From: Lingula anatina
Taxonomy: Eukaryota > Animalia > Brachiopoda
Assembly (NCBI GenBank): GCA_051362555.1
Contig: CM120645.1
Location: forward strand, 17,298,001-17,362,000
DNA: 64,000 nt
Direction: 5' to 3'
Part shown: positions 9,162 through 21,900 of the stretch, piece after piece
Layout: every line of letters begins with the position of its first letter
Numbering within the stretch: the stretch's first letter is position 1
Notes under the pieces: generated by a model
Databases searched by the model: none
Seen by the model: only the letters and a program-made list of their open reading frames with translations
What the model was told of the DNA's origin: nothing
Translations under genes and position numbers: made by a program

Positions 9162-11645
9162 AAACTTGTTTTTTTTTAATATTACAGGCACTGTCTTAAA
9201 GTACTGTGTTCGCCCTTTTTGTAAAAGTCGAACTAAAGGTTATACAGAAGCATAAATTGCAGCGGTCGTTGCTGTGCTGATTTACTGGTAATGGCTGGCT
9301 GTTAGTGGTTGGTGATGGCGTACTTGAATGGCCGGGGTATCACGTCTTGGCCTGGATGTTTAGACGGAAAGAGGGACGGTGGAAGAAAATCCTCCAATTA
9401 AAAAGTGCGTCGATAACCAAATAAATGGGCAGTTCTACAGATATTTTCCACACTTCCAACTGTTTTCAACCCAGCTGAACATCATTCATGCAAGACGTCT
9501 CGGGGTGATGACACCACCACCTCCACCATTTATCAGCAGTATCAGTGTCAAGTTCTATTACAACAATTAATGGAAAGGGGGCCTTGTGGGGGATACTCCA
9601 CCAATGTCTAGGTGAATACTTTGAATGACTTTTTTGAATCGATAAAATCTAGGGTATTGACCGCGAAAAGGGTGGTTGGTTTTTGTAAAATTTGATACAA
9701 TTAGGAAATGTCTCTTCCTCTTATTACTTTTTGGATTTGAGCCGCCTTTCTCTTTAATTGATTGATGTTGAAAGTGCCGTTTTACTTTTTGACAATATGA
9801 AGACACAGAGACGTATAAGAATACTATAAGAATCACGGCAGAGGCATTTTGGAATAGAGGAACAGCCGATGAGAAATATATATTTTTGACTCAGTATTTC
9901 AGCAGCTATTCTAGTCGATCTATGCAAGTTATCAAGTTGCTAAAAAGCTTAACGCTTAAAAGCGTTTGCCCACAAAGGGGAAGTCAAATGGTTGTAAGTT
10001 CTGGGCAGCATACACATTTCTGATAAATGAGAATCTTTCGTTTTATTTCGCTCTTAAAATCGTGTTATAGACAACAGATCTACTCATGCTGGAAAAGCTG
10101 ATGTTATTCAAAGCATTTTGATTTGACTTGAACTAAATGCTGCGTACTCCGTGCCTTGTGGGGAGCCTGTGCAGAAAATCTATTATGCTGGAGGAGGCCA
10201 GAATTCAGTAAAGTGTCAGTGTGACACGAATGTTGCGCAACTTGTTAACACCTTTTCTACATAGTTTTTACATCGTGTCAACGCCTTGTTTAAATTTTGC
10301 CTCTATATATGGATGGTCAACCGATTCAGAATTTCATAAATTGTTTTAATTGCAATAGTCTTTAATTACGGCAAAGTAAACTATGTTTTCCACAAACTTT
10401 TGTATCTTTTGTTAATGTTCCAAAGAATATATGTTCTAACAATTTTCTCTCAATGCGTGGACATAGTTTATCAAATTAATACCTTTCAGAAAGCTCAGTC
10501 TTATACTAAAACTGACAAAGACACTAACATCAAAATTCTGACCTTACCGATAACGCCTGAAAGAAACGACTGCCTGACCTAAGCGGACGTTCTGGTTCTG
10601 GAAAGCAAAACCGTGCTTGGCCCAATATGTGCAAAGTACACTGTTACCGATGACATTTTGCAATTGCTTTTGCGTTTCATTTATACAGTTTTGCGGTCGT
10701 TAATATCAAGGTATTTTCCAGGGACAGCAATGACATCCACTATGTGAAAAAATTGATAAAAAAAATTTTAGAGAGAAATCAAAACATGAAATGAATAAGG
10801 TACTACTGTCAGTTTTTTTTACCGCTTTGATTTACGAAAACAAAAATTCTCTATCTTGGAAACGGACTTTAATGGCTTGTATTGATTCTGAAATATAAAG
10901 TGAAACAACTCGGCCTTTAATTACATGATACACGTGAGCATAGCGAAACCTCCAATCGATAGTATCACCTTGTACCACGCCTCGACATTAGAACATTACC
11001 TTTAACTTGCTATTAAGCTGACTTAACGCTACTCTTCTGATAACTGGAAATTGACATAAAACAAATAGGTTACACGATGCTCATTTTTGGTTACGTGTGC
11101 ATTACTCAGGCGATGGAATTAAGAGACCGTACATTTGTATTTTACGTTTTGTGCCCCCCATTGTTTTAATTAAAACTATAAAGTATTGAAATAACAATCT
11201 GCTGTGTTTATAAGTCCACTATTGAGTCATGTTTTTTAAGTAGAGAGCAAACAGCACAATATAAGACACAAATTCTAATGATTTTTGTCAAAGCCAGGAA
11301 AGGGTATATTTTCTAACACTACAAAACACTTTGATGTAATATCAGTAACTGAAAAGTATATATTCTATCAAAATGCACTACACTTAAAAGAATCGAATTG
11401 TTAACTCCGATGGAGCTTGTTCGTGTGCGATCCAAGTAGGGCCTACTGTTTATGCATTCGGCGCTGAAATGAACAGCATCGATCCAAAACTGCATTAAGT
11501 ATTTAAACAAACTGATCAAGCGGTAGTAAAAAGGTAGTGGTTTTTAACTTGTCTACAAACCTCCAAGCAGACAGACAGAGAGCGTTCATTGAGCGGTTTC
11601 GCTGTGAACTTTAAATCACCGGTTACTCTCTTTTGGACTTAGAAC

Positions 11646-11694
11646 ATGGAGCCAATACCCGAGCACAGCCAGTCGATATCCGAGGAACGCTGGG
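11646..11694 (+). CDS. Candidate alternative first coding exon A1 of the RhoGEF gene (MEPIPEHSQSISEERW)
   Basis: AACATGG Kozak context; donor TGGG|GTTGGT, phase 1; matches the only open frame of exon 12242-12312. Confidence 0.5.
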
Positions 11695-12241
11695 GTTGGT
11701 TATCGTTTTCTTCTTTAATGTGCTCATCAATGCGTCTTATGTCTACAACCACTTGTCTGTTTGTGTCTGTTTACGTGAGCGTGTCTGTATGTCAGCGGGA
11801 TCGTTTCTGATAACTTAATTTTTCTTGAAAATTGTGGCGTTCAAAAGAGTATCACTTACGATAAATTCCGAATCTCAGTGGGTATAGAATTGATCAAGTG
11901 CCAAGTTTTCACTCGGTACTATAACTTAGCAACAGGTAGACAAGTTCATCTGTATCATTTAAAAATAACTTCAGTGTCCAATACTTGCTTCTGAGTGTAT
12001 AACTTTCACCTTGGTTTGATTTGGCTCTTTTGAAAGGAAAAGAAACTTGGTAACGTATTAAACAAACGTCAAAAACATTAATGTTATGATTATATCGTAT
12101 TACGTCAGATATGGCTTTCTTGTTACTGTCTTCAAGCGTTCGGACAAGAGAACATCAGTGCATGAAAGCAATGTTTGTTGTTAGATGTGTTATTTGAAAG
12201 CAGGTTGTTGGTAACGTTTTTTCGTCATGGTATCTTTGCAG

Positions 12242-12312
12242 GAAAGCAGACCACGGGACTCCTTAATCAAGCAAACAAACACAAAGGGAAATTTCTGACA
12301 GTTCCAGCATAT
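12242..12312 (+). CDS. Candidate exon A2 (GKQTTGLLNQANKHKGKFLTVPAY), phase 1 to 0
   Basis: Acceptor tatctttgcag|, donor TAT|GTAAGT; ends in phase 0, compatible with common exon 31824. Confidence 0.55.
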
Positions 12313-15095
12313 GTAAGTACCGTGTAGTTAACGGTAGGGAGAGACAGATTGGACACACACTTAAGGAAGCATGAATTATTGGTTTTGCTGAACACTAATA
12401 TGACGTACACCTCTCACGCTGAGTGGACTTTGCAATCACATTTGATTTGTCAACTTCAATTAACAACCATTTGAAAAAAATGTGTGAAAAATTACACCGT
12501 TTTTCTTATTTTGAAATAATGTCCAACAATGCAGACACATACTGTATACCTGTAAATGTACATGAACTCTATATGATACCTTTGCTCAGTCTTTTGCTCC
12601 CAAATATAATTAGGATAAGAAAAAGAATAATATGAATGACACTGTTCTTTTCCTAAGGTTTCCCAAAGGAGCATTTAAATAATAATTACTGCTTACAAAG
12701 TCTTATTCGTCGAAGTAACCATTTACTATTTAAGGCTCACGATTTCATGATTAACTGCCAATCAATGCCTATAAAACGTAGATTGCTAAGATATCCTTTA
12801 GAGTCGATGTATCATAAAGCAATCAAAATAATATTTAGATGATGAGATTGTGCACCAACACCCTAGTCAACGCATACGATGTACGCAGTTTGATAAGATG
12901 ACATGAATCTCTGGCCCGTGTGGCGCATAGCCCGTCTGATTGGGGCCTCTATTGATCAGACAGGTTGCATCGATCACATATAGTACCGCCATGCAGTAAT
13001 AGTTGCAGTGTACGGGGATCAAATATAGCCAGTGTCAAACTGCGCTCGTGTTGTCGTTTTTTCGTGCAGCCATTGTTTTTTTTTTTTTTTTTATGGGACA
13101 CAGATGGGGTGGGTTATAACTGCACAGTTGTACTCATATGCAAAATAACAAAGCGACTATTTCGAAAGCGAAAGACCAACACCAACATATTAGTTTACCA
13201 TGGTAACATTCAACAGGCGTAACGTCACTCGTGAGCGTTACTGTACGGAGCCACAGATGCGCTCTACACACTGCCTGCAGTGAGTGTGTTAGTGGAAGCG
13301 AAATTCTGCTGCCTTATATAATTACTAGTTTGAGTTTAGTATCGTGTCAGTAAAGGGACTGATCGTAATAAGAATGTATAATAAGTCACAGCTGAATAGT
13401 ATGTTTGAATTCGGTGAATGTTGTTGAATTAAATAAGACTTTCGATGCTGATTCACAACTGGTGTTCAGAACCCAATTTTAGTGTGCTCATCTGAAGTTG
13501 GAAAATGCATGTAAGGGGCTTAAGGCAAAGTTTACTTGTAAAGTCTGCCAATATCCGTGCTTGTATCACAAAACACAGCTTCTATCCATGTCTGTCTTTT
13601 GGTGGAATCAGGGCCAATGTATGGACATGAAATGATGAGCGCCAGTTTTTCGTTTAAGTCGTATCATTTTTCTTATATCCCCACATAATAGTAAGGTTCA
13701 GTTCTGATGCCAAATGTCAGAATTTAAGCATAATTAAGGTGGTCATGAATGTTGCTAATTGAGTTTGTTGATAGGAGCTACCATCGGAGGCATTACGAAC
13801 AATTGCTGGTAATACAGTCCGACTTTTGCTAAAGATCTTATTTGAGGGTTAATGTGCTTGATAAATCTCTTCAACAGATTTGGTCAAGATTCAACACAAT
13901 GAAAATATGATAGAAGATATGGGTCATAAGGTAGACTTATATACATGTATTCTTTAAAAATCAAAAGAGGAATGTAACGTGGTTGAAGGGCATTGGATTT
14001 CAATATTTTGAGAATATAGCGAAGTAGAAGTATAAGATAGTACGTTCTACTATGCAATATTAACCCTTTAACGATGAAATCCTATGGTATCACAGCTAAC
14101 TGAGTCAGGCTTGACATTTAATCGTTTTGTGTAACGTACTTTAAGTAAATAGGACTACCTTTAAAAAATCCATGTTATCAAAAACACTATCATGTCGTTA
14201 AATACAATGAAAATCTCAATAATAATAGTCAAATGAGAACAAAATATGCCGGACCATTTCAATTATATATTATATAGGCACTAGGAAATTTCCATAATAT
14301 ATTTTACACAATATTTTTGGAACGAAGTCAGCTCAGTTTAATCTACCCATGTTAATCAGCCCCCGGATGGGCCGCCAGTAGTGTCAGAGTTTAGCAGTCA
14401 GTATATCTGTTTATCGGGTTCATATATCACAATATTTTTATCTATAATATAGATTTATTATCGTATCTTCAAGATATGGACAGTCAATCCAGTGTTATTT
14501 ATTCATGTTCCCTGGACAGTGGAAGAAGACCCTCCTGGCGGGCGTTATTGGTTTCGTTATGGATTCTGAGAACTACACTTAGTGCGTTTGCTTGCATCTC
14601 CTCGTTATAAACTACTGATTCCTATAGATCCCTTGGTGCCCCAATGCCATATCAATCACATTTTAGAGAGTGTCTTAAGAACTTATTGATGCTAGCACTG
14701 AGAGAGGCCCCGTGACTCGTCTCTGTACGTGCACCATGCCGGTATGCGAATATCCTGACGTCACAGGGTCAAGAGAAACACACAACGCGACGATATGTGA
14801 CAATATCGGATATTTGGAAAGGAACCAGTATAAGTGAAATTCATTCCAAAGAATGTCAAATGAAAGCGACAGGGTGTCCATGTCCAGTGGGTGTGAATAC
14901 TGAGGTCCGTTTACATGTCGATCTAGCTCAACAGACAAGATAGCGTCTTTGCTTTTCAAAATGGTATATACACTTAAAGGTTAGGCAGTGGCGCATGCAG
15001 CGCTGTTACTTCACCGCTTTCACCACTCTCACCTGATGAATCCAACACACAGTGGTAAATAAACTCTTACTGAGACCCAAGGCAGACCGAGCGGG

Positions 15096-15377
15096 ATGTC
15101 AGCTAGGGCGAGGATTGTTAAACGTCGAAGTTCGAGTGACACAGACGTCTCTAGAAGGATCACTTCTCCGTCTGATTTTGACCCAGGATTTCGCGTGTCT
15201 AAGTCCTCACATGGGTTTGAGTTCAGCTCTCAGGGCGGGATGGGTGTTTCCTCCTCTCCTGGATTATCTCCAGTATCGCTAGGTTCGCTGATATTCCCTC
15301 CGTATTCACCCCGAACTTTACGAAGGCTCTCCACACTAGATGAAAACGAGTACGAAGCTGACCACAATGCTGATACG
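15096..15377 (+). CDS. PLEKHG7: First coding exon B (Ser/Arg-rich, MSARARIVKRRSSS...EADHNADT)
   Basis: 94-codon open frame from ATG; donor ACG|GTAAGG, phase 0. Confidence 0.7.
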
Positions 15378-18300
15378 GTAAGGTGACTTGATTACTCTGC
15401 AAGGCTGGTATAAACACCCTTAAATAGATGGTATAAACAGCCTAAATTAAAAAAATAAATAATATCGATCTTTTTTATATCGTTTCTTATATTTATCTTA
15501 TGTATATTATTTCTTCGTGAAAACTTCATAGTTTGATGTAACATGTATGGGTTTGGAAATGTGACAGCTGTTAAGATGTGATCCCGTTAGTTGTAATGTG
15601 GAAGGTCATTTTCATGGTGTGATAAGGAAACATACAATAGCGACAAACTGTGCTGAATACATGCCCTCTAGACGTAAGTTAAATAGAGATAAAGCTATAA
15701 ACCTTCCATAAAATAATAATTATATATCAGTAGTGAAGGGAACCAATGAAATGCTGCCTTTATTTCTCATATAAAAGAGACCCTTGCGATTTTTTAGTCT
15801 ATAAGGCGATTTAAGAATACCCGAGACAAATTAGGTCAATTTGCCTGTGTGGTCGCGTGCCAAAAGTTGGAATATGTAATTTAGATATATATCAGATACA
15901 TGCGGGCCTGACTTAATTTTTCTTATCATCCCAAATCATATATAACAAGGGTCATGTTCCTCATAGATTAACTGACCTGACGTGTTTTCCATTGATTTAA
16001 CTTATTAACGAGTTGTTATCTAGCAAGTGGATAGTTACATCGGCATATGAGATGAATGGATGATTTATTTTAATTTTATTCTGTCATTAAAGTGTTTTCA
16101 TTCTGAAGTACTCATCATCATCATCATCATCCTTCGCAGCATCAGCAGCGACATGTTCAGACCAGAGTTGTTTCTGTCTTACTATTCTAAGGATCGCATT
16201 TGGTTGCAATCCAGTATCATTCGTAGTGGTGACTGAGCAGGTTGCATCCTCTCTGTCCATGTTAGTTTTTCCACCAGTTGGTGTCCAAAATACTTGGAGA
16301 CTGGTTTGGTCTAATGTGCGGGCACGGCGTCCAAGAAAATGCTTAGTTCCAGTTGTCAAGAAGGGGGTGCATTGTACGTACTGCTTTGTTTTAATTGTAC
16401 TGACTGGAGATTTTAGCTGGGCATGATGTAGAGCAACCTTTATCGTATGAGGATGATGTACACTTGTTCTCACTTTATATAAAACACCCACTATTTTTAT
16501 TCAAACAATGGCTATTCAGTGTTTTTGCTGATATTTGCAGGCTTCGAAAGTATGTTTAATAGTTTTATGTTTTGTACTTGTAGCTCCTGTACCTGTTCCG
16601 AAATAATAAGAGAAGTCATCCTTAGGGTTGTACAGCAGACTAAAGGTGAACGCGTGGCTTCTGGATTAACATTTTAAGATTGATTCTGTTAATGTAGAAT
16701 TTGGACAAAGGGATCTTGTGCTGATCTTAGCGATAATTCTTGCAGAGGCCGTATTCATCTGCAGGAGACATTATTATAATAATCATCTCAAAAATCCGAT
16801 TTACAGACTAGTATTGGTAGACCACTCGACTCCTCAGCGAGCGGCCTGTCACGAATCTTGGGTGCATGTTTTGTTAATCGCTCATGGATATCGTGCTACA
16901 CGTAAAACTGGATCAGTATTGTTAGTACGGGCAGCGTAAGTGAAGGTTTTCATAGAGCAATGATATACGCATAGTATGTGTACTAGTTTCAAACAATCAA
17001 AAGATAAGTGCGACAATATTTTTAAAGATTTGTTGTAGTAGCTCTATGTACATGTGAGGGGGTTGACACGAGCCATGTGATAAGAACATCAGTTGAGTAA
17101 CCCTCGTTCTTGCCTATCATATGCCTGACGGCCATGCCGATGGGGATTTTGGTATTTTCAGGGGTGGTAGTTTTGATATAACAGTCCATTATTTCACCTG
17201 TTGTGTTGAATTGCCGGAGCTTAATCCGCGAGCTAGGGTGGTGTAATCTGTTTCGCACTTGAGTCATTGCGTCTTAGAAGACGTGCACTGTACTTTACGT
17301 ATACATGCGTGCACTGTGCAGGATGACGTCAGTGAGATGATGACAGTGGCATGTGTTTCAGTATCACGGCACTAATCTCTCACCTGATCCTTGACACCCG
17401 CTGGCTGGACAATCAGCTGCTTAGCCGTTAGGCAGAATAATTTCAAACGCGCCGTTTGCGGGCCATGAAGAACAGTCTTCGCAGATTTTTTTATATAAAT
17501 GGATTTTGATCTCAATTTTCGCCAGATGAGACGATAATGACGCGTTTGCGGTGCAAGTGACCCTTTCTAGGTGTAATGTTGTTTTCCATGTGTATTTCCT
17601 AGGGCTCCCTTTGCTCTGTCACCTGACTTCATGGTAAGAACACACACAGTGTGCACAAGTTAATTATTCTGCTAACATATTAATGTATATGTTTTTAAAA
17701 ATATACCCGTGCATTGTTCCAAAACCAGATATACCAATGAGAATGCAGCTGTTACGTAACATATCAATAAAGATAGATTTACCTACAGGTTTAGAAAATA
17801 ATTCACATAAAAAAGCTCAAGGAAGCAAACCATGGAACTCTGGCGATCGAAAGCTAAGTAACAGTGGAACATCAGCGTTTCATTGATTAAGCGTAAAAGT
17901 CACACCACCTAATTAGGTAAATAAATGTGCACACTGACTGGATGCCTAACCAGATTAGCTGGGGTGGATCAATGATCATGCTCATTTTTGAGTTGAACGT
18001 GCATCCTCAAACCGAGTAGCAGGAATTGTGATTAAACATTAAATCGACAAATTAAATGTGGTACGAAATGCATCCACGCAATACCTGAATGTCTCGTTGA
18101 ACTTAATATGTTTCACGATATGTTAGAATGTCTGGTTTTTATGAACCTTACACATGTATATTGTGTTTACTTATGTAAGAGGTCCTCCAGGAGAGAGAAT
18201 TTAGGCTTTACGGCAATGAATTACCTGTCATACAACAGGCGGTGACATTCCTGATAGATGATATTACGATCAAAATGCTTCATTTAAATGTTTTTCTCGA

Positions 18301-18930
18301 CGGCTTTTGCTTACCCCTGGTGTTATTCGAAAGATATTATAGTGGTCATCCTGCTGAATTCCGTAAATTGGTATAGATATTATATGTTTGTTTGAGTGTC
18401 CGGTATACAGTGGATGTTTTATACGAATGTCCCTATAAATAGCTTGTAAGTAGCTTGTCTATTCAAACAACGAACAAAGTCTGATATAAACAATCGTATA
18501 TAACACTTTTTTAAAAATAAATTTGAATAAATATACATGATAAACGAAAAAACATATTTATACATAAACGTTTACATATGTATAGTTTGTAGTAACTGAT
18601 GTGTGATTGCTTATTTTAAATGTTTAATGTTTAATTTTGCTACTCTGTTTGTGTGCCATTTTTTTAACCTCCTTAAAAATTTGGAATACCCAGCGTAAGA
18701 TTCATATCCACAAAGATAACCTGAGCAGAAACTTACCGTTTATCGTATAAAGGAGAAAATTATGCAGTTTAATCAATAGAGAAACGGGTTTCGGTTGCTT
18801 TTCTGACAGCTGCAAAGCCGTTACCGAAATCAATCTGCGGTATTGATAACACGGATTGCAACCGGGGTCAGTAAATTAAGAAATACGCTGCTTGAAGAGC
18901 TGATGCAGTAGTGAGACTACGTGGAACACG

Positions 18931-18961
<31 letters not shown>

Positions 18962-21900
18962 CACCCCACACACACGTGAATTAATTGATTAAATAAATGA
19001 ATCTAAACTGATGTTATATATGAACGCATCATATGAATGCATCATTTGCACTGGCGTTACTCATGTTCGTAGAACAATAGATGGAAATCCCCGCGATTAG
19101 ACCCCGTTTTTGTCTTCATAGGAGAACATGAAATAAACGGCAGCATGTTCATGGAAAAAACCTGCATCTTTACAGCGTTTATTTGTGCATAATGACTTTA
19201 TTTCACTGGTTCGATGTCTTAATGCGCAATTTAAGGTGTCCGTGTTTTCAAAACTTATAACGCAAATTGAAACTAAAGTAATATTATGGTGCTTTTTCAA
19301 CAAAAATCTTATACCACAGTCATTTGAAAACCATTTGATACTTACGATGGTGTAAAGTACCGGTAACGGTTCACCATACGATTACCGTTTAGGGCGCTGA
19401 ATCAGCTCAAACGCAACGAATCAATTTTATTTAAAGATTAACAGATATGTTTTTTTCTAATACGTGATATGAGTAAAATGTATTGATTATAGTCCGTCTG
19501 AGAGTCAGTGATGCGTCTAACCCGATGGCTGGATGTTAAACTTGCCCTGGGTGATGTGCCTTTATACAAACTTCCCCTCTCCAACTTCTCAGTATAGCAC
19601 AAGGTCCACCGCATTATCACACTTTGGAAATGTCGGGAAAACGGAAAGAAATAAGTGATCTTCAACTATTCTTTGCCCACTGAAAATGGCGAACATGCCC
19701 ACATAATAAGAGTTCACACGCGCTGGCAGTGTGGAAATGGAAAACGTGTCTGAAATGTAAATATAGTCTGCAATGATTGATGGAGTAATAGGTTCAGAAA
19801 TATTCCCTTTGGATTTTTTCACCAATCAGTTGCTTGCATTAATGTTCCTTTGGTTACCGTGGTATTCGTATAGCTAGATGAGGCACTGTACTTAATGTGG
19901 TAGTAAGTTAGTTTGTTAGCAAGGTGTTGATTTGGGTTTTGTGTATAGCATTAACAAAATTTGCAAGCAGCGGCTCATTACTAATTGCTAAATGAAAACA
20001 ATTGTCATGCAGAATCAATGGTACGGATGTTTTAGGACAATTATGTAGAGCAATGTTAGACAGAGTCCACGGACATTAGCGCTGGTTATGACGGGAAGAC
20101 TCCCGGCATTTGTATACTGGCTTGTTAACGGTAACATACATGTATGTTATTTTGAAATGGTCCCATAAACTTGTTTGATTTAACAGATTTTCAAGTAAGG
20201 TGAAAAATATATGTTACAAAGCACGTATCTAAGTGCAGAATCCAGGGACACTTATTCACATAAACATTGATATTGATCTATGTATTAATGGCCCACAGGA
20301 GCATTTACCTCGGTAAAAAAATGTTTCAAAAACTTTGAACATTAATTATCAACTGCATGCGAGATGTGTTCCACAGTTAGAAGATCTGAGCAAGCGTTTT
20401 GCTTCCTAGGTGTTGAAATATCATATGCATTTACAAACCTGCTGACGAAGCCTGTCAATCCTTGCCTAAACACCAAGCTAGTAATGATATATGATTGTAC
20501 TGGTAGCTGGCAAAGGCTATAGACTTAAAAACACTATCGTACAAGTGTACTCGTACTTTTTAAGGTCGGGCTTGCAGAACGTACAAGTTTAGCAGATTCA
20601 TTTGATTACACATAGGCTTAGTAGTGAAAATGTCACTAAAACAAAAGATTCTTTAAATTAAGTTTTTCAGGTCATTGGTATACTTAGCAAAGCACTATTC
20701 CAGTTCTTACCACTGGTATATAACATTTACTGCATGTCTCACATGCTGAAGAAAGAGTTGGATCTCTTTCTTGTCCAAATTCTGTGTATGACTTAATACT
20801 TAATTTGTAAGTCGTTTATCTTTTATGTGTCATTATGAGTTCTGTGTTGTATCCATATTTTTGGCAGAGTTTACCTTGCTGCTGGCCAATTTGGATTACA
20901 ATCTGAACCATCAACCTTGAAAAGTGTCGGCATTATCTTTTTTGATAGTAAGACGACAGAGATTGATCTTTTTTGCAGCTGCTAGTCATGAAAACAGACT
21001 AGCTTTAACATGAGTTATATTTAAGATTCATTATGCTGAAAACGCGACGAAACTCCTGTTGTCGGACCTATGATTATTTGTTTGAAGATTACTGGTAAGA
21101 AATATCCTCGTTTGAAATAGTATACCATAAGATACCTGTAAAGCCACCCTCTCCTTGCCGTGACATATGTACCTGTAGTAACTTGGACAAAACAGTTTTC
21201 AGCTAAATTCTGTGTTGTATTAATTTCATCAGCTTTGCTGTGCTAAGTTTAGATGCTATTTGAAGAAACTATTATCGTGACATAGTATACAGTTAAATGG
21301 AAAATATATCTGAACGTCTCTCTGTATTCTGAAACGTTTTACATATGGGTCTTTACGCTTACTGTACTTAGCCTCGTTTACTGACATATTATACCGCACA
21401 GGTTGTTTAAAAACCCAAAGTGTCATGATATTCCTGGGGTTCATTGCTGACATTTCACTGTTTATACTCAGTAACTGCAAGTGGTATCAGTGGCATTCCG
21501 ATGGAAACGAGAGAAACCGAACATACAGCGGAACAGGTAAATACATGTACATGCCAGTGTACAGAGATAGATCATACCATTTTGTATATATATGTCTTGT
21601 ATACCAGCGTGAGTACACGAAATTTCACCGTTAAAGGAAATAAGTATGTTACATGATTTTAAGTATTCCAAACCACGTGCAGTAAGTTGCACGCGATATG
21701 GAGTGCACACGCTTATGTATGACAACAAACAGTTCACGAAGGATTTATGGAGTAGTGTATTTTCTATTATCAAGGTGTTATAATTTTTAGGTTTCATAGT
21801 CATGGCTTTTGTTGTCAGGATGTGTCACCCATGTGTACAAGTACATGTACATGTAGACGGTTGCACTTTTCACTAGCACAGACAGGTTAAGACACCGTGC

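Noticed and set aside
3900-9570. Host gene disrupted by the retrotransposon (acceptor-like tttttttaatattacag at 9187; Ser/Thr/Pro-rich minus-strand frames on both flanks)
   Set aside because: All + frames after the acceptor stop quickly and no coherent exon chain or homology could be built.
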